A stretch of 62,932 nt of DNA, counting the filler, from Candidatus Fermentibacterota bacterium (GTDB lineage Bacteria; JAFGKV01): the NCBI GenBank assembly GCA_016928395.1. It is 6 parts of 6 records of this genome, joined end to end, with 100 filler letters (N's around TTAATTAATTAA, not from the genome) between each part and the next. Parts side by side here need not be neighbours in the genome. Positions count along the whole stretch, not along the records: positions 59,187 to 62,932 come from JAFGKV010000128.1; 5 more parts are not named here. One strand, given 5' to 3'. A program made the translations under genes and the position numbers. Under the pieces are notes generated by a model, which was not told the DNA's origin, made no database searches, and saw nothing but the letters and a program-made list of their open reading frames with translations. Numbering within the stretch: the first letter of the stretch is position 1; each line of letters opens with the position of its first letter. Positions 59,502 to 62,932 of this stretch are shown piece after piece.

Positions 59502-59624
59502 AGCGCCTGGTTCAAGGGTCTGTGGGGGCAGCCCTACCGGTGTGTACTGGACTATTCCACGCTATCCTCATAGGTTGTGTTCAATCAATCGAAACCCTGT
59601 TAGTGAACCGAGAAGGGCGCTGCC

Positions 59625-60302
59625 ATGGCCAAGTTGATCGCCGTCGTTGACGACGAGTCATCTATCCTTGCTCTGGTGAAGGCATCGCTCGTTCCAGAGG
59701 GATTCAATGTCGAAGGGTTTGGCAGGGCGGAGGAGTTGTTCCGGTTTCTCGATACCAGTTCTCCTGATGCCATCATTCTTGACATCATGATGCCGGAGAT
59801 GGATGGATTTGAGGCCTGCAGAGCTCTTCGCGCACACCAGAGAACCGCCTCCATCCCGATTCTATTCCTCTCGGCCAAGGATGACGTTATCGACAAGATC
59901 GTCGGTCTAGAGATCGGTGCCGATGACTATCTCACGAAGCCGTTTCACCCGCGGGAGTTGGCGGCCAGAGTCCGCGCCCTGGTGCGCCGCACAAAACTGT
60001 CGGAGGATTCACCCCTGAGGCGGGTGGGCTCTCTTGAGCTCGACTATGGCACGATGGAGGCCCGCTGCCTAGACCAGAAGCTCGATCTCACCGCCACGGA
60101 GTTCAGGCTCCTGAGCATCCTGTGCGAGCACCCGGGCGCGGTCTTCAGTCGCGGGCAGTTGCTGGATCATCTCTGGGAAGACACCCGTATCGTGACTGAC
60201 CGAACGATTGACGCCCACATAGTGCGGATCCGACGCAAGCTCGGGCAGTGTGCGAGTCTGCTGAGAACCATGCGCGGAGCCGGCTACAAGATCGAGGCAT
60301 AG
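59625..60302 (+). CDS. OmpR/PhoB-family response regulator (no cognate kinase on this contig)
   Basis: VVDDE, LDIMMP, GADDYLTKPF, LT.TEF.LL, RTIDAHI..IR.KL, RGAGY. Confidence 0.93.
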   Translation: MAKLIAVVDDESSILALVKASLVPEGFNVEGFGRAEELFRFLDTSSPDAIILDIMMPEMDGFEACRALRAHQRTASIPILFLSAKDDVIDKIVGLEIGADDYLTKPFHPRELAARVRALVRRTKLSEDSPLRRVGSLELDYGTMEARCLDQKLDLTATEFRLLSILCEHPGAVFSRGQLLDHLWEDTRIVTDRTIDAHIVRIRRKLGQCASLLRTMRGAGYKIEA

Positions 60303-60526
60303 CACGGTCTCCTGACGCGGGCTGTCTCTCCTTCCGTGTGCCACAGAGGTCATGCAGCCTGGCCCCACGGGGCACTCGGTCGAACATCCCATCACAGAAA
60401 AATCACCGTAGCGTCATCCTCCGGCAACATTTCAATTGCATATTGCCAGGCATCCACAATTGTGCCCGTGTTCCAGCGCCGGGCAGGATTTCGGAATACT
60501 ACGCATCAAACCACAGGAGGTTTGTG

Positions 60527-62446
60527 ATGATGCCACTACTTGAGCGATCAACGTCACGCGCGGGGGGGCTATTCCTTGTATGCACCATGGTTCTGGCCAC
60601 CACCTCCGTGGCGGGCGTACCCACAGTAAATGGTCTGTTCTTCGGCGACGGTGACCAGTACAATTACCACTTCGTTGGCTCTGCATCGAACGGTCGTGGT
60701 GACCTCTACTACTACCTCGATCAAGACACGCTTTACCTGGCCGTGGTAGTCGACGAAGCCGTCAATGACAACGTTTTTGGCCAACGCCTACCGGGTCAGG
60801 CAGAGGCAGACGAGACATACTTCGAAAGCGCAGGCTGGATGATTGGCGCCGGGCATCAGGCAGAGGATCTCATCGGTTCAGACCACCTGGAGTTTGGCGT
60901 CTCCTGTGGCGGCCTGAGCTGGGATTGGTTTCAGGACTATCTCTACACCAATGATACGCCCGTCACCCCTTCGGCCGCATGGCTCTCGGATCCTTTTGGC
61001 CCCGACGGAGCCGGGATACCGCCTCCCGGGCTCATCATGTCGGCCAGCTCTATCCAGTGGAGCCTGCTCAATACCACGTGGGACGTGACCCTCGGCGGCA
61101 CGCGGGATTCGACAGACACCGACGGATGGAAATCCCCCGACGATTGGTTTGACCCGATCACTGGAGCCTCGGGCGACAGCTCGGTGTGGAACAACGGCTA
61201 CCCGACATTCGATCCGGTCTGGAACTGGGAATGGCCAATGGTCTACGAAATGGCCATAAGCCTTTCGGCGTGCGGCTGCGCGGAATACCCGCTGGTGGTT
61301 ACCGTGTGGAGCGCGCATAACTCTCCGGTCAAGGACGGCGGAGACGAGAACGTGCCCATTCCGCCCATCACGATGGCAGACTATGGCGACGCGCCCGCTC
61401 CCTATCCGACCCTACTGGGTGGCGGCGGCGCCAGGCATCTGCTTGTTCCCGGCGGTGTTCGCCTGGGCGCCATCGTTGATGCCGAGACCGATGGCCAGTC
61501 CTCCGCGTTGGCATCAGGAGACGATATCGATGACGGCACCGACGACGAGGATGGGGCCGTCTTTACCTCGCCGATCAACCCCGGGAGCCTCTCGACGGTG
61601 GACATCGTGGCCTCGGGAGAGGGCCTGCTGAATGCGTGGATGGATTTCAACAACAACGGCGATTGGGCCGATGAAGGCGAGCAGATTTTCGTGGACCAAC
61701 CTTTGGTCCCGGGTGTCAACCAGCTCAGCTTCTCCGTGCCGGCTTCCGCCCAGACAGGTATCATCAATGCGCGATTCCGATTCAGCACGGCCGGAGGCCT
61801 CTCATTCACGGGTGAGGCACCCGACGGGGAGGTGGAGGACTACCAAATCACCGTCACCGTGGCCATCGAGTTGGGTTCATTCTCCGCCACTGTGCGAGAC
61901 GGGGGCGTCTTGCTGACATGGTCGACCCATTCGGAGCATGAGAACCTGGGATTCCGCCTCTTCCGATCAGAAGACCCTGAGGATTTCCTTGCCATCACGC
62001 GCGATCTGATCCCAGGGGCCGGCACAACCCTCTCTCCGCGGCACTACTCCTTGGTGGACGAAGATGTCGTTCCCGGCCGCACGTACTACTATCTCCTTTC
62101 CGACATCTCCTTCGATGGCGTGGAGACATCCCACGGCCCGATTCAGGTCAGTGTGCCCATGCCCTCGGCAACATTGACCCTGGGGGCGCCATCGCCCTCG
62201 CCGATCAGCGGTGATGCCCAGGTGTCCTTGAGCCTTCCGATCCAAGGCCGAGTACATATGGCGATCTATGATCTCTCGGGCCGGGAGCGTGCGGTGCTTC
62301 GGGACGAGATAATGGCGACGGGGACTCATACCATCGAGCTCTCGCGCGATGCAGATGCGCTCCGGTCGATCGGTGCAGGCGCGTACGTCCTTCGCGTGAG
62401 GACCGCCGCGGGCACCGCAGCCCGTTCCATCGTCATCGCCGACTGA
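60527..62446 (+). CDS. Secreted GEVED-domain protein with FlgD/T9SS-like C-terminal domain
   Basis: AGGAGG RBS; signal peptide; DYGDAP; AWMDFN.NG; RFR; GEVEDY; IEL.SF linker; YDLSGR. Confidence 0.88.
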   Translation: MMPLLERSTSRAGGLFLVCTMVLATTSVAGVPTVNGLFFGDGDQYNYHFVGSASNGRGDLYYYLDQDTLYLAVVVDEAVNDNVFGQRLPGQAEADETYFESAGWMIGAGHQAEDLIGSDHLEFGVSCGGLSWDWFQDYLYTNDTPVTPSAAWLSDPFGPDGAGIPPPGLIMSASSIQWSLLNTTWDVTLGGTRDSTDTDGWKSPDDWFDPITGASGDSSVWNNGYPTFDPVWNWEWPMVYEMAISLSACGCAEYPLVVTVWSAHNSPVKDGGDENVPIPPITMADYGDAPAPYPTLLGGGGARHLLVPGGVRLGAIVDAETDGQSSALASGDDIDDGTDDEDGAVFTSPINPGSLSTVDIVASGEGLLNAWMDFNNNGDWADEGEQIFVDQPLVPGVNQLSFSVPASAQTGIINARFRFSTAGGLSFTGEAPDGEVEDYQITVTVAIELGSFSATVRDGGVLLTWSTHSEHENLGFRLFRSEDPEDFLAITRDLIPGAGTTLSPRHYSLVDEDVVPGRTYYYLLSDISFDGVETSHGPIQVSVPMPSATLTLGAPSPSPISGDAQVSLSLPIQGRVHMAIYDLSGRERAVLRDEIMATGTHTIELSRDADALRSIGAGAYVLRVRTAAGTAARSIVIAD

Positions 62447-62628
62447 TCATCAGTGCGGCCTGGTCCGCGGAGGGAGGACTGCATCTCCCTCCGCGGACAT
62501 CGCTTCTCACGGCCGCGGCTGGCTCTTCGCCGGCGGCATCCGGGAGAGTGGATGGATGACTGGATGATTGGAAGGAGGGAGGGGTTCCGCACAGGGACTT
62601 CTTGTTTGAGAGAACATGGTTTTGCTGT

Positions 62629-62712
62629 TGTCATTGCCCGACTAGGCCGGGCAATCCAGTCCGGGCATATGGATTTCAGACCTGGATCACCCGGACAAGC
62701 CGTGGGATGACA
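62629..62712. repeat. GTCA-type palindromic REP doublet
   Basis: TGTCATTGCCCGACTAGGCCGGGCAATCCAG...CTGGATCACCCGGACAAGCCGTGGGATGACA. Confidence 0.7.
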
Positions 62713-62898
62713 TTCTGTCTCCGAGAGCAGATGATTCACACCGTCCTCTCACCCCTGCAAGATCTGAGTGCGCCCCGCGCACACAAAGGCCCGACTTGTT
62801 TGAGAGTACATCCTGACCTCGTACTCATACTCGTACTCGGAATAGTCGTACTCGGAGCTGCGGCTCCGATAGCGATTGCGATTGCGATTGCGCCCTTG

Positions 62899-62932
62899 GG
62901 TGAGAAGTGAGGAGAAAGGAGTGGGCTGAGAG
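62899..62932 (+). repeat. Multicopy repeat element at the window end
   Basis: Exact reverse complement of 44709-44742. Confidence 0.85.

Noticed and set aside
1-62932. tRNA or rRNA genes, including tRNA-Sec
   Set aside because: None recognised by eye; tRNAscan-SE or Infernal would be needed to exclude them.

Overview
This GC-rich bacterial window is six contigs joined by artificial 100-bp spacers (N44-TTAATTAATTAA-N44), so gene order across a spacer means nothing. FlgD/T9SS-like C-terminal domains, GEVED and DUF5686 proteins suggest an uncultured FCB-group anaerobe (inference only). Contig 1 holds an ArsR/permease/thioredoxin/CcdA operon interrupted by a four-helix-bundle gene inside inverted 8-mer arrays. 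It also has an Omp28-like protein with an in-frame UGA in a UxxC motif plus a SECIS-like hairpin, a serpin lipoprotein, vapBC, a disrupted FG-GAP gene, REP arrays and dodecin. Contig 2 holds pilS-pilT-pilR, a candidate structured RNA, an FmdB-family probable selenoprotein and maf. Contig 3 holds a HydABC/Stn-like oxidoreductase operon with a non-canonical [FeFe]-hydrogenase-like sensor and kinases, then folB-folK-dNK-panB-panC and a GVYG-repeat protein with a partner. Contigs 4-6 hold a second such pair, a class V aminotransferase, a DUF5686 protein, a GT-C glycosyltransferase, a DUF401-propeller fusion, an OmpR-family regulator and a GEVED protein. The main findings are two unannotated probable selenoproteins, a shared 'GIGDP...VGEFDF' C-terminal domain that may be a sorting tag, repeat-bracketed insertions inside operons, a covarying palindrome family, and an Stn-like subunit where HydA normally sits. 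All family calls come from motif recognition, not database searches.
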